DNA of 64,000 bases from contig OX597830.1 in assembly GCA_951406725.2 (NCBI GenBank), positions 60,450,001-60,514,000 on the forward strand. The letters run 5' to 3'. Made by a program: the position numbers and the translations under genes. Positions 13,472-28,799 of this stretch are shown here, one piece after another (position 1 is the stretch's first letter; every line of letters begins with the position of its first letter). Below the pieces are notes generated by a model. It had not been told where the DNA came from, made no database searches, and saw only the letters and a program-made list of their open reading frames with translations. Source of the DNA: Octopus vulgaris. Its lineage: Eukaryota.

Positions 13472-14620
13472 ATGGCAACCAAATGTAAGAAGGCCTTGGA
13501 GTGGCGAATTGTGGCCCCTAAGGAGTGGCTAAAAACTATGACAGAACGGTGGTGTTGCGGACCTATTGCAAGGTCCACGACACCATCTGTGTATTCCCTC
13601 AGAGTGAAATTGAAGAAGAGTTGGTGGGATTCGTGTCACCCCGTAGGGGTGCAAAGTACGCAACAGTGTGCGTGCTTTTCGACACCCCTACGGAGGCTCA
13701 GAAACTTGCGAGCCAACCTATAGATGGGAGGAAGATTTTGTTTCTCCCCACTTATGGTGGGCGTAAATTGACAAGAGCCCAGTACAGAGGCTGAATGGAT
13801 AGAAAATTTTATCCGTCGAGGCCTGGGTGGTGGCCCTGCCAGGCTCTTGAATGTATAAATACTGCCTGCGGTCGATTGGGTCGCGGCAGAAGCAATTTTG
13901 ACCCAATCGGCCCAATCGGCCGAAAATCTGGTTTTACCAGATTTCTTGACAATGGCCGGTTCCAGGCACCCGGTGATTATTGATGCCCCCTCCCCCAAGA
14001 GTCACCTGTGTCTGGAATCAGGGCACATGAAGAACTGTTGCCGGGACCAGGCGAAGGTCCTGGAACAGTTGATTGATGACTGTAAACCCCCTGTTTCCCC
14101 AACGGAGCCTCCTGCTTCTTCATTGAAAGTCGAGGAGGAGGTAACCTCCTCGAGAAAAGGTACTAAGAGAAAGAAGGTGGGCAACAATGGTTGCCCACCG
14201 ATGGACCCTGAGGTGGTGAGAGGGGAGGAGGGAACTCTGGACATGTCGGAGGAACTCCACCATCCCGTCCCTCTCAATGAAAGTGATGAGGAATTTGTAT
14301 TCCTCTGTAGCAGGGGAGGGGCGATTGAGGAGTATGTGGAAAATAATCTTGATAGTCGGGTTTATCGGACTTTTATTGGCAATCGAGAGTGGCCGTCGCA
14401 GGTGGCTGCACTGCTACTGGAAAGAAAAGATTTTCTCCACAGGTCAAGATCCTTCCGAAAGGAGGACTACAGATTACTTTTTTTTTTTTTTTGGCTCCGA
14501 TTGGTGGTTGCAGGAATACCTTCAGGCCGCAAAAGAGTTAATTGGGGGAGTAATGTAAGAGGTTATCGCCTCCATATGTATGTGTATAAAAATTTTGTTT
14601 CCTTTGTGATGAACTTCTAG
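13472..14620 (+). pseudogene. Frameshifted gag/ORF1-like gene of a non-LTR retroelement (L1/Tx1-like ORF1)
   Basis: Overlapping GC-richer ORFs (NYDRTVVLRTY…RGAKYATVCVLFDTPTEAQKLASQP…LPTYGG). A degenerate CCHC knuckle (SHLCLESGHMKNC) precedes a basic/acidic low-complexity tail. No downstream ORF2 is seen. Confidence 0.5.
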
Positions 14621-14835
14621 TCCAATTTTTTGTATATATTTGTAAGAGGTTTAATACGTCTATAAATGTTGTTTTTAGCGAATAATATTTTAGAGAAGCA
14701 GAGGGTCGACGGCTGCTTTCTGTCTTCTTCCATCTTTATAATCTTGTATTATTATCATTCGCCTCATTAAGGTCTTGTCCATCCCGCAAAGCAACATATC
14801 TGTGTACTGCCTTTATGGCAAATGATATAAAATAT

Positions 14836-15211
14836 AGTAGCTTGCTTACCAACCACATAGTTCCGAGTTCAGTCCCACTGCATGGCACCTTGGGCAAGTG
14901 TCTTCTACTTTAGCTTCGAGCTGACCAAAGACTTGTGAGTGGATTTAATAGACGGAAACTGCGAGCAGGCAGAATTGTTAGCACGCCCGGGCGAAATGCT
15001 TTGCGGTATTTCGTCTGCCGTTACGTTGTGAGTTCAAATTCCGCCGAGGTCCACTTTGCTTTTCATCCTTTCTGGGTCGATAAATTAAGTACCAGTTACG
15101 CACTGGGGGTCGATATGATCGACTTAATACCTATGTCTGTCCTTGTTTGTCCCTTCTATGTTTAGCCCCTTGTGGGTAATAAAGAAATTGGAAACTGAAA
15201 GAAGCCCGTCG

Positions 15212-15264
<53 letters not shown>

Positions 15265-15463
15265 GTTTGTAACCCCCTCCAACATCGCTTGACAACCGAT
15301 ACTGGTGTGTTTACGTCCCTGTAACTTATCTGTTCGGCAAAAGAGACCGAGAAAATAAGTACGAGGCTTACAAAGAATAAGTCCTGGGGTCGATTTGCTC
15401 GACTAAAGGCGGTGCTCCAGCATGGCCGCAGTCAAATGACTGAAACAAATAAAAGAGTAAAAG
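14836..15463 (+). mobile_element. SINE family A interrupted by a family B SINE
   Basis: Family A sequence is split at GGAAACTG, which is duplicated at 14954-14961 and 15190-15197. Confidence 0.85.
14962..15189 (+). mobile_element. SINE family B nested in SINE A
   Basis: Family B body (GAGTTCAAATTCCGCCGAGG…TTTCATCCTTTC…GTCGATAAATTAAGTACC) with an 8-bp TSD. Confidence 0.85.
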
Positions 15464-15465
15464 AG

Positions 15466-15496
<31 letters not shown>

Positions 15497-15717
15497 ATAT
15501 GTATGTATATGTATATGTATATATGTATGTATATGAATATAGATATATACACACATACGTACATACATATATAGTCAGTATATACATATATTCATATATA
15601 CATTCATATACTCACACACATATATTGTGTGTGTGAATCTGTGTAACATAAGTGTGTGCGCGCGCGCGTGTGAGTATGGTAATATGTTTAGAATGAAGCA
15701 TCTATGCAAATTGATAT

Positions 15718-15778
<61 letters not shown>

Positions 15779-15781
15779 TGC

Positions 15782-15823
<42 letters not shown>

Positions 15824-15843
15824 CATATATATGTATATATGTA

Positions 15844-15885
<42 letters not shown>

Positions 15886-16476
15886 TGTGTGTGTGCGCGC
15901 GTATATATATATATACAAGCACACGCGCGTTTGTGGGTGTATGAATGTTCGAGTTGGTGGCACGTAGAAGTCTATGGATGTGGGTGAGTAAAGGCAGCTT
16001 AAAATGTTCAACAAAATTAAATTTGAATCCATACATAGACAAGAAGAAAAATATAAAAAGAAACAGAAAATGCATATTCAATATATTTAATATAAGAGAG
16101 AACCTTTTTTCCCCCCGTGTCATGCACTCTAAGCAGCTTTTACATTTCTATATATAATAAGCAGAACTTTAAAGTATCCATTCCTTTGATTCCTCTGCTG
16201 AAGATGCTAAAAGGTAACGAACAGAGAATATATCTTTGTTGCATCAGTGAAATACTCTCTCTATATATTACATACAGACGCATACACACGCGCACACACA
16301 CACATGCACAGGCACACACACACACACGCATACACACACATACACATTACTCTTTTACCTTAGCATTGCTAAAAATATACTACACATCTCTACACTAAGT
16401 CGACCAGATGTTAATGCAAAAGAACCCGATATTTAAATGATAAATATACTGCTCGGTTTTGTAATTCAACCAAATA

Positions 16477-16548
<72 letters not shown>

Positions 16549-16668
16549 CAAAGGCGCGAAACGTAGGCTCGAAACGAAAGACTTTTTCTATTCCTGAGCG
16601 TTATGCTAATACATCTGTTTGTTTTGTATACCACCTGTCTTCGTCTTTTGTTTTTTTCGTAAACTCTC

Positions 16669-16726
<58 letters not shown>

Positions 16727-16895
16727 GCACATGCACATACGCATACACACACATACACACACACTTGCATATACTCACACATACATATATATATTACATA
16801 CTTGATAATCGCACCTGGATAGATACCGATGGTCATAAAATGTCAAGTAATTGCATGTCACCGTTTCTGTACGGAATATATGTGTGTGTGTGAGT

Positions 16896-16998
<103 letters not shown>

Positions 16999-17127
16999 CA
17001 TGTATATATATATATATAGTAGTTGAAAAATGTCGTTATAGGTATAAAAAATACCATAAACAATTATAGAAAAATGGAGGAGAAAAAGATGTTGAATCAA
17101 AATTAGATTTAATAAAAATAGGATTCA

Positions 17128-17228
17128 ATACATACGCGCGTTTCAAAAGATAATAAAAATATGTAAGAAAAAATTATAACCATAATAATTATAATTAAAT
17201 TTATGCATTGTCATTTTCATCAGTGTGA
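17128..17228 (-). ncRNA. Hammerhead ribozyme-like motif with long loop 2
   Basis: - strand: ACA-CTGATGA-AAATGA…~60 nt…TCTTTT-GAAA-CGCGCG-TA-TGT. The core is intact, stems I and II are weak, and stem III is palindromic. Confidence 0.55.
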
Positions 17229-17990
17229 GGGATTTTTGTAAAGACATCAAAACAGGTTTAATAAAATAAAGTAAATTAAGATAAGATACAATAAGGGAGA
17301 ACACAAAAATAATGTGTCCAACTCATTAAAAATATTCTATTTATTTATGCAGCTAAGGATAGTCCTGCATTTAAACTGATGTAATGATTGCATTGTTCAA
17401 TTAAATAGAGCCGCTTGAAAAGGTCGTACTGCATCACATCTTCATATCCTGTTGCTTATTTTGATTATATATATATAAACAACGGTCTAACCTTACTTTA
17501 GTTTATTGATCCCTTTTTATATCCCATAAAATTACGTTCTCTCATGAATTTGATGACTACTACCATTTTTAGATTTTGTTCCAATTCCACGAACGAAATG
17601 TTATATCTGAAATTGCCCTGTATTCCGGAGTGAAGAATTTTAAACGTAAACGTTTTTCTGCTCGAAATTTTGCATTTCCTGTTCCTATTTTTGCTTCACA
17701 TGAAAAACTAATCTATTTCGATCAAAAATCCATTTCGTGGTTCGACAGTGGAAGTAAATGTGTTTTAGGAGAGTTCTTCATTTTTCATATACATTTATCT
17801 CGCAAAACTATAATTTTGTCTCGAGTAACAAAGAAATCTATATGAATTATATTTTAATATGTATGCCTTGATTCTAACGACGAGCTGCTAGAATCGTTAG
17901 CAAGGCGAGCAAAGTACCACTTGACTGGGGTCAATGAAATAGACTTAACTCCTCGTCTGAAATTGGTGGCCCTGTGCTTTTGGTAGAAAA

Positions 17991-19802
<1,812 letters not shown>

Positions 19803-19806
19803 CATT

Positions 19807-20519
19807 TCAGTAGTTTTATTTTTATCACGTGCTTTCACTTCACTACCGAGCGCAGCTCTGTGTGCCTTGGGTATGTGCTGTGATTTGTTGTGATGCTCCG
19901 ATGGTTATTGTATGGAAAGTGTTCTGCGTAGGATGTGTGCAATGCCTGGTAGTGCAATTTTCTGTATGTTATATGTGTTTGTAAGTCCTGGTGTTTTTGT
20001 TATGTATTTGTCTAAATACTTTTTTTATCATGCCTAATGCACCTACTATGATAGGAATTGTTTCTGTTTTTAGATTCCACATTCTGGTTACCTGTATTTC
20101 CAGGTCTTTGTATTTTGAAAGTTTCTCCATTTCTTTTAGAGAAACGTTATCATCTGCCGGTATTGATCAATTAGCAATTAGAAAGCATTTTTTTTTCTTC
20201 ATGATCTCTGACAACTATATCTGGTCTGTTGGTCTTAATTTCTCTATCTGTGTGTATCGGCATATCCCAGAGTATGGTTGCTTTCTCGTTTTCTGTGACC
20301 TTTTCTGGTGTGTGCCTATACCATCTTTTTTCTGTTGTTATTCCATAATGTTGGCATAGCTTCCAATGTATGTAGGTTCCAACTCTGTCATGTCTGTGAA
20401 TATATTCCTTTTTAGCCAGGACTGGGCAGCTAGAGATAATATGATTTATTGTTTCTTGTCCATCTCCACATATTCTGCAGTTATTTGTTATATTTCTTTT
20501 CATTACATGTTTTTGGTAA

Positions 20520-20523
<4 letters not shown>
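19807..20523 (-). mobile_element. R4/Dong-like 3' fragment, copy 2
   Basis: Near-identical to copy 1, frameshifted and more 5'-truncated. Flanked by (TTA)n. Confidence 0.88.
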
Positions 20524-20589
<66 letters not shown>

Positions 20590-20607
20590 CATCATTATTA
20601 TTATTAT

Positions 20608-20992
20608 TCAGTAGTTTTATTTTTATAGCGTGCTTTCACTTCACTACCGAGCGCAGCTCTGTGTGCCTTGGGTATGTGCTGTGATTTGTTGTGATGCTCT
20701 GATGGTTATTGCATGGAAAGTGTTCTGCGTAGGATGTGTGCAGTGCCTAGTAGTGCAATTTTCTGTATGTTATATGTGTTTGTAAGTCCTGGTGTTTTTG
20801 TTATGTATTTGTCTGAATATTTTTTTATCATGCCTAATGCACCTACTATGATAGGAATTGTTTCTGTTTTCAGATTCCACATTCTAGTTACCTCTATTTC
20901 CAGGTCTTTGTATTTTGAGAGTTTCTCCATTTCTTTTAGAGACACGTTGTCATCTGCCGGTATTGATACATCAATTAGAAAGCATTTTTTCT

Positions 20993-20996
<4 letters not shown>
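20608..20996 (-). mobile_element. R4/Dong-like 3' fragment, copy 3
   Basis: KKCFLIDVSIP…ILRRTLSMQ plus the same 3' UTR. Flanked by (TTA)n/(TCA)n. Confidence 0.88.
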
Positions 20997-21056
<60 letters not shown>

Positions 21057-21079
21057 CATCATCATCATCATCATCATCA

Positions 21080-21116
<37 letters not shown>

Positions 21117-22362
21117 CATTATTATTATTATTATTATTATTACGCGTAGGCATAACGAAACTAAAACCAGATGTTAGATCTCAATACCATTAGATAAATA
21201 CATAGAATGATATAAATTAACGAATGACAAAAGAACATGAATTATGTAGTCTCTTTCATTAGCTTACGGCTGTTTCTGCCTCCTCCCATACCGATTGTAT
21301 TTTTAATACAGCACATCAGAGTAAACATCACAGAAAATGACCTATCAACAGCGAATATACATTAACCTTAAAATTTAGAATTAAATTGATTTAAATTGCC
21401 TTATCATAAGTGTAGCTTAAAAGTATTTACATTTACGATATTTTTTTTTTTTTTGTGACTAAAGTAAGAATCGGTATAAAACAGTAGAATTCGAACCTTT
21501 GAAGAACCATGTAAAAATTACGTTGATTTTAACGTTCAGATTTATTGTTAATGCATTAATGAGTAAGATTTGCATTTTATATAACTTTTTATATAAGAAG
21601 CACAACTTTTTAAATATTCCTAAAATTCACTCTTTCCGCCTCTTTAGCTAAAGATTGTGTATCTACGTGTCATATTCAAATTTAAAGTCAAATTTTAAAA
21701 ACGATTCACAGCCCCGATTATCACTACTATATTCTAAATTTAAATCATTTGAAAATAAAAACTGACTTATACAATTTTTCTTTTAAATTTGAAATTAGAT
21801 ATTTGCACAAAATTTGAAATAAGTTCAAATTTCCTGATATAAGGCAAATTTCATTATAAATCAAGGCTAATGACACGAAACTCCCCGAGTTTCTCCAGTT
21901 GCACTATTAGAAACTGGGAACTAATTATCTCCTTTTCTTTTAATTACTACTTCATTCCCCCAAATTCATATTGATGTAGGTTCACAAATACTTATTTACC
22001 ACAAAATTGAGGCTAAAACATTTGAAAATTTGACAAAAGTAACAAAGCATAGAAAACACGAAACGGGGACGCAAACACGACTATAAAACACGACTTTCTA
22101 GATATATTGTGTCGAAAACACGCGCGCACGTTTTTTTTTTTTTTGTTAAATACTATAATAACTAACTTTTTCGCCTGCGAGTATATTTTGCAAATTTGAA
22201 TAAATTTTAAAAGAAATTGAAAATAAATACGATAGTGGAGCTACTCGAAATCGATATAAACAATTTCTGCAAACCTTCTCCACTTTAAATATTTAAATGC
22301 AAATAAAAAATAATATAAATTTCTCTTTACACACACACACACACACACACACACGCGCACAC

Positions 22363-22417
<55 letters not shown>

Positions 22418-23870
22418 CAGGGGTTGAACAAAATAATGGAAACACCTAGCATCATAGCTTCATAATTTTGAAATATCTATAAAACCATGAAAAGCTGGGT
22501 TTTTTTAATGTTTTTTGATTTATTGTTAGTGTTGTTTCATATGTTTGGCTAAAATTGTTGTTTCTTTTCAGACATCATCAGAAATGGGTCATTAAAATGA
22601 CAGATGTATCGGTCTTTCAAAGAGGTTAAATTGTTGGTGCTCGTATGGCAGGCTCTAGCGTAATGAAAACAGCCGAAATGTTTTGTGTATCGACAAGTAG
22701 TCTCGAAAGTAATGACAGCCTTTGAAAAAGAGGGAAAAGCCTCTCGCCGAAACAAAATTCTGGAAAAAACCCAAAACTTTCAGATAGGGACCGTCGAACT
22801 CTTACGTGAATTGTTAGAAAGGATCACAAAAGTACAGTTCCCAAAATTGCTGCAGAGCTTAATGACCACCTCGAGAACTCAGTTTCCACAAAAACTGTTT
22901 GCCAGGAGGGCGTAATTAGAAAGCCACTACTTTCACGGGAAGGCAGAATCAGAAAGCCACTACTTTCTAAAGCAAACGTTGCAAAGAGTTTAGAGTGAAG
23001 TAAAAACCTTCGGAATTGGTCCCTAGAGAAGTGGAAGAATGTTATTTTCTCGAACGAATCCTTTACATATTTACATCCTTTACCATATTTCCGACCAAAA
23101 GAGGCATTTGACCCAGACTGCCTTCTTCCATCTGTTAAACATGGAGGAGGATATGTGATGATCTAGGGGGAAAATATCTTGGAAATCTGCTGGCCCAAAG
23201 GTTTCCCTTCTTGGCAGAATTAATAGTGAAGACAATCTAAGCATTTTATCTGATCAAATTTATTCTATGTTTGCGGAACTGTTTCTGGAGAGAAACGCAA
23301 TGTATCAATTCACACAGTTAAATTTGTTACTGAATGGTACGAGAAACAATCTAGTGAAGTTGAACATCTTATATTGTTGTTGCTTGTAGAGAAGAGACTA
23401 CAGGATATGATATACTGTTGTACAAAACGCATGACAATATCACTAATATTTGTTTATTTACAGAGAACACACAACTAGATACAAAACAAGAGGGAAATGC
23501 AATCTTTTAGGATGATAATGCACCAATTCACACATCTAAAGTTGATACTGAATGGCACGAGGAACATTCTAGTGAAGTTGAACATCTTATCTGGCTACCA
23601 CAGTCCCTAGATCTCAATATTATTAAACATTTATGGTGCATTTTAGAAAAACAAGTAAGGAGTCGATATCTTCCACCATCATCACTACAAGAACTGTAGA
23701 CTGTTTTAGCTGAAGAATGGCCAAAAATTCCTTTGGAAACAGTTCAAAATTTGTACGAGTGCATACCTCGCAGAATTCAAGCTGTAATTACTGCCAAAGG
23801 CAGTCCAACTCCATATTAAAATAGATTTGTTTGAGAATTTAAGGTGTTTCCATTATTTGACCAAAACCTG
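22418..23870 (+). mobile_element. Tc1-family transposon (degenerate, near full length)
   Basis: TIRs CAGGGGTTGAACAAAATAATGGAAACACCT / AGGTGTTTCCATTATTTGACCAAAACCTG after TA. Broken transposase with WKNVIFS, VKHGGG, DDNAPIH, QSLDLNII. Confidence 0.9.
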
Positions 23871-23874
23871 TCAA

Positions 23875-24210
23875 TTTATCGGGGTCGATAAATTAAGTAC
23901 CAGTTACACACTGGGGTCCATGTAATCGACTTAATCCGTTTGTCTGTTCTTGTTTGTCCCCTCTGTGTTTAGCCTCTTGTGGGTAGTAAAGAAATAGAAA
24001 TACATAGCGGTATTTCGTCTGCCGTTTCGTTCTGAGTTCAAATTCCGCCGAGGTCGACTTAGCCTTTCATCCTTTCGGGGTCGATTAAATAGGTACCAGT
24101 GATGCACTGGGGGTCGATGTAATCGACTTAATCTTTTTGTCTGTCCTTGTTTGTCCCATCTCTGTATAGCCTTCCACCCCACCCCCCAGTAAGCAATAAA
24201 GAAATAAATA
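23875..24210 (+). mobile_element. Two tandem 5'-truncated family B SINEs
   Basis: Two successive family B bodies, each ending in …TAAAGAAATA. Confidence 0.75.
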
Positions 24211-24351
24211 TATAAATGTCTACATATTTATACTTGAATATACATCATCTGAACATTTTAGGTTCTTACCTTCTCTCTATTTACATGAATACATGTCTAT
24301 ATATTTTGTATTTGAAACTCAAGCAGTTATTTGATTATTTGCATCTCTCTC

Positions 24352-24386
<35 letters not shown>

Positions 24387-24510
24387 ATATATACATATAC
24401 ATATATATATATATATGTGTGTGTATATGTATATGTATATATACATGTATGTATCTATATGTGTGTGTGTATGCATAAATACATACTCATACACAGACAG
24501 ACAGACAGAC

Positions 24511-24605
<95 letters not shown>

Positions 24606-24865
24606 GATATACAGCTTTGAGGTGCAGAGGATGTTGTAAGGCTAATTTTTTTTACTACAGTTATCACCAAAAAGATGGTGAATCTATTAAGGCGGCGAAA
24701 GGCGGTGAGCTGGCAGAATTGTTAGTTAGTACGCCGAACGTTCTGGGTGCAGATTTCGCCGAGGTAATTCTATCTAATCAACTAGTTCCCTCCCAAAAAA
24801 TTTAGACATTGGGGCCGTAGCACACAGGGACCCTCATCACCCCGGCTCCGGTATTTCTGCTACAA

Positions 24866-25095
24866 GGCGGCGAGCTGGCAGAACCGTTAGCACGTCGGGC
24901 GAAATGCTGAGCGGTATTTCGTCTGCTGTTACGTTCTGAGTCCAAATTCCGCCGAGGTCGACTTTGCCTTTCATCCTTTCAGAGTCGATAACTTAAGTAC
25001 CAGTTACGCACTGGGGTCGATGTAATCGACTTAATCCTTTGGCTGTCCTTGTTTGTCCTCTCTGTGTTTAGCCCCTTGTGGGTAGTAAAGAAAAA
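24866..25095 (+). mobile_element. SINE family B, full length
   Basis: Perfect 16-bp TSD GGTATTTCTGCTACAA at 24850-24865 and 25096-25111. Confidence 0.9.
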
Positions 25096-25950
25096 GGTAT
25101 TTCTGCTACAAATATTATTGGTGAATTAATCATTTAAAACAAATATCAAAAATTGGATTAAATTATATTTTATGGAATTATATTAAATTATATTTCATAA
25201 ATTAGAACATTTTTTAAAAAAAAGACAAAAATTTCAAGTAACTAAATACAGAAAATTACAAGATTGCCAATATGTATGATTGATCACTAACATAGTAAGT
25301 CACATGTATTTGTGAATATCTAACATAAAATTGGAAGTATTAAAGAATTATATATGGTTAATTTGCTTAATTTGCTAGTGAGTGAGAAATTGGGAAATTT
25401 TATTCCAGAAAATTGTAGTAAAACTTTGTTAAGAACGTTTTGAGAGTTTCATAAGTAAAATTACACTAAGCATATACGAATGATAAGATAATTTATATAG
25501 ACGCGTGCATCTCCCTAGCAATCTATACCTATCTTTCTATCTATACCTATATATATACATGTATATGTGTGTGTGTATATATATATTTGTCTATATATAT
25601 ACACACACACATATATACATGTATATATGCATTTACACACATGTATATGAGTGTTTGCCAGACTAGTTTTGTAGCGCGCCAACAGATGGTAGCACACTGT
25701 TGCGCGCGCAGTGAGAGCTAGCAGTGACTGTCATGAGGTAGAGGGAGAGGGTGGAGGGAGGGAGGGAGGGAGGGAGGGAGGTGGATGGATGGATGGATGG
25801 ATGGATGGATGGATGGATGGATGGATTGATGGATGGAGGGTGGTCTATGCATATGTATGCTTTCTTGTATGTATATGTATGTGTGTGTATGTAAGTAAAC
25901 TGGATCCGGCAGACTTTGCGGAAGAAATATTCTTGATTAAACGGAGAGGA

Positions 25951-27275
25951 TCATCATCATCATTGTTCGACCGTGGTCGAGACAATGGAATTTACCATGC
26001 TACGCCAGACTTCACTGTCCATCATGGCATTACGGAGGTCCTGTTGCTGGATGCCTGTATCCCTGGAGATTACATCAGGGTAGGAGAGTGTGCGCCCTCT
26101 GGTATTGCGAGTAGATGGCTTCCAGAGGAGAAGAGTAGAAATTGCCTCGTTTTCAGCTCTACAACAGTGTTCAGCAACCTGGACTCTCCTACCTTTCACA
26201 AGAGATGACACAGGTGGTAGTTTCCCATATATTTGCATTTTGGTTGGATGGCGCTTCCACGAGAGATTTTGAGCTCTCATAAGGAGGCGATTGTAGGTTC
26301 CATCCAACCGCCTGTCAAGCTTCTTTGATAACGTCCAGGTTTCTGAGCCATATAGTAGAATTGGTTCGACTGTGGCTTTGAAGATTTCAAGTTTGAAGTC
26401 TCTACTTAGATTTGATGACCAGATCTTATGCATGTCATTACAGGCTGACCAGGCCATACCCTTTCTAGTTAGAAAATCTTTTCCAGATGATATGTATGAC
26501 CCAAGATATTTGTAATCAGAAACCATATTTAAGGGCGCATTGTTGAGAGTATGGATGATGCAATCACTGTTGGACAGGCACTTGTTTATATATTCAGTCT
26601 TGGCTTCATTGAGGTAAAGACCTACACAATTTGAGGCTTGTTCGAGAGATTGTAAAAGAGACTAGGCATTAGAGAGAGAATCACTGATAAGAGCGATGTC
26701 GTCAGCAAAGTCAGTGTCTGTCAAGTATTCAGCTGGGTGTCTGGAACTTCTTCTTGGGTTTATTTCAAAGCCCTTGCCAGAGATGGTATCAACTACGTAG
26801 CACATAGTCAACGACAATGATGAAAAGAAATGGGGCAAGTGTGTCTCCCTGCAGTATTCCGGCTTTGATTGAGAAAGATGATGTTTCTCCGTCAGGGGTT
26901 AAGATGGTTGAAGACGTATCTGTGTAGAGGACCCTGATGGCAGAAATGATTTTGTCTGGTATCCCATAGAGCTTAAGGATTTCAAACATCTTGTACCTAT
27001 CTACAGAGTCGAACGCTTTAGAAAAGTCTACAAATACCATTGCAAGATCACGATTAAATGCTTTTGATTCTTCAATAAGTCTGCGTAGGCATAGTATCTG
27101 TCTCAGCGTTGAGCGCACATGTCTGAATCCATTTTGGTTCTTTCGGAGCAAAGGTTCAACAAAAAGGACAAGACGATTTAGAATCAGTTTGTTGTACAGT
27201 TTTTCAGCAATTGACATTAGAGATATACCCCTGTAGTTGGTAACGAGAGACAAATCGCCTTTTTGGAGAGGAAGG
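25951..27275 (-). mobile_element. RTE-like LINE reverse transcriptase region (disrupted)
   Basis: KGDLSLVTNYRGISLMS, QNGFR, FVDFSKAFDSV, GILQGDTLAPFLF, DFADDIAL, YKYLGS, LLYGSETW. (TGA)n 3' tail. Confidence 0.92.
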
Positions 27276-28413
27276 CGGCTGCTGCAACGCATTTTGGAGT
27301 GTAGAGAGCAAGATGAGACAAGTAAGACATTTTGGTCATCCATTGCATCTATCCCCATCCCTTAGTTGTCTTGACTTGGGTTTGTCGCAGACGAGAGGGT
27401 GAGGTTTATGGTGCGCAACTCATCTTCACCTGAAGCAAAATCACTTCACAGGTGATCAGTGATCCTTAAGGATTGCTAGATTGTCCTACGTCGCTCCGAC
27501 GGGTGGACATGGAACATGTAAGAAATGCATGAATCGACCAAACAATTCAAAACGTCTCCATCGACGAAGACTAAAGCAACAACAAGCTCAAATCTCATTC
27601 TGAAGCAGCAATGAGTTTATTTGAAAATGTATAATCTCTAGAAAGTGGTGGGCGGATGTATATGAAGAAGACACTTTTGATTAAGACTTCCATTTATATA
27701 CTTCAAATAAAATCTTATTTCTTTTGACAGTAATTGCAAATACCAATTTCTGCAGGACACAAAACAAGTAGTCTTCTTTTCTATGTATCGAGAGAAATTA
27801 TTATTTCACTTATTTGTGGACAATGAAATGTCAAAATGTCAGAATGAAAATTGAGGCTTAAACATTTTTTTTCTGGACAAAATCCAGAGGGACATTTTAT
27901 AAAAAAAGTATAACTCTAAATTTCTGCTGAAACAATGCAGGAAACTTATTTCTCTCCAGTCATTTGATATCGGTCCTTCTAATAGAATCGTTCTTTATTA
28001 TTGTAGTCCTAGTGACGCGACCACAAGTAAAGAGTTTTTACACGAAACTTACATTTCCAACTTGCTAACACCTTGTGTTCTGCATTACGTCATCCACGAT
28101 TTACGTAAACGAGTCGATTTGTAGCAATTACAATTATTTCACAGAAATACAATTGTGCCCTTCTTTCAAAAAAATATATTATATTTTAATAAGTATGCAT
28201 TCGTTATGTGTGTGTGGTGGGGGAGAATCATTCTGTTTTAATGCCGTATTAAGTAACACGCTCACCGGTTCAATTTCCACTTATTTGTTAGTTTTTCCCT
28301 AAGATTTTACTTGCTTCTTTCAGCCTCTTCAATAGTTGTTCACTGTCCGTTATCGGAGCTGCGCTCTGTTTGTTTGTGCGCATGTGTGTGCGTCAGTGTG
28401 CATGCGTATACAA

Positions 28414-28444
<31 letters not shown>

Positions 28445-28590
28445 TGTATGTATGTATATATGTATGTATGTATGTATGTGTGTGTATGTATGTATGTATG
28501 TATGTACATACATTCAAAATGTGACCGCGTGTGTACCGTTGGCGATTTTTTTCCTCTGTCTTCCCTTCTCTGGATCTTTCCTTCTCCTAT

Positions 28591-28625
28591 GTTTCTGACG
28601 AAGAGATCCGCTCGAAACGTTAAAC
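28591..28625 (+). ncRNA. Minimal type I hammerhead ribozyme (Penelope-type)
   Basis: GTTT-CTGACGA-A-GAG(ATCCG)CTC-GAAA-CG-TT-AAAC. Stem I GTTT/AAAC, stem II GAG/CTC, palindromic minimal stem III (AACGTT). Confidence 0.75.
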
Positions 28626-28799
28626 CCTCCTTCTTCCCTTCCTTTCTGAGCGTCCAATAATACTATATTCGTTCCACGTCCTCGCGTTGTTGTGTTTTCT
28701 CTTTGTGCTTTCATGTTTGGATTAACTATGTATGTATGTATGTATGTATGTATGTATGTATGTATGTATGTATGTATGTGTCAAAGAAGGTCCTACTGC

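Noticed and set aside
16195-16260. CTGAAGATGC…AGTGAAATACTC motif
   Set aside because: No convincing stem I or stem III.
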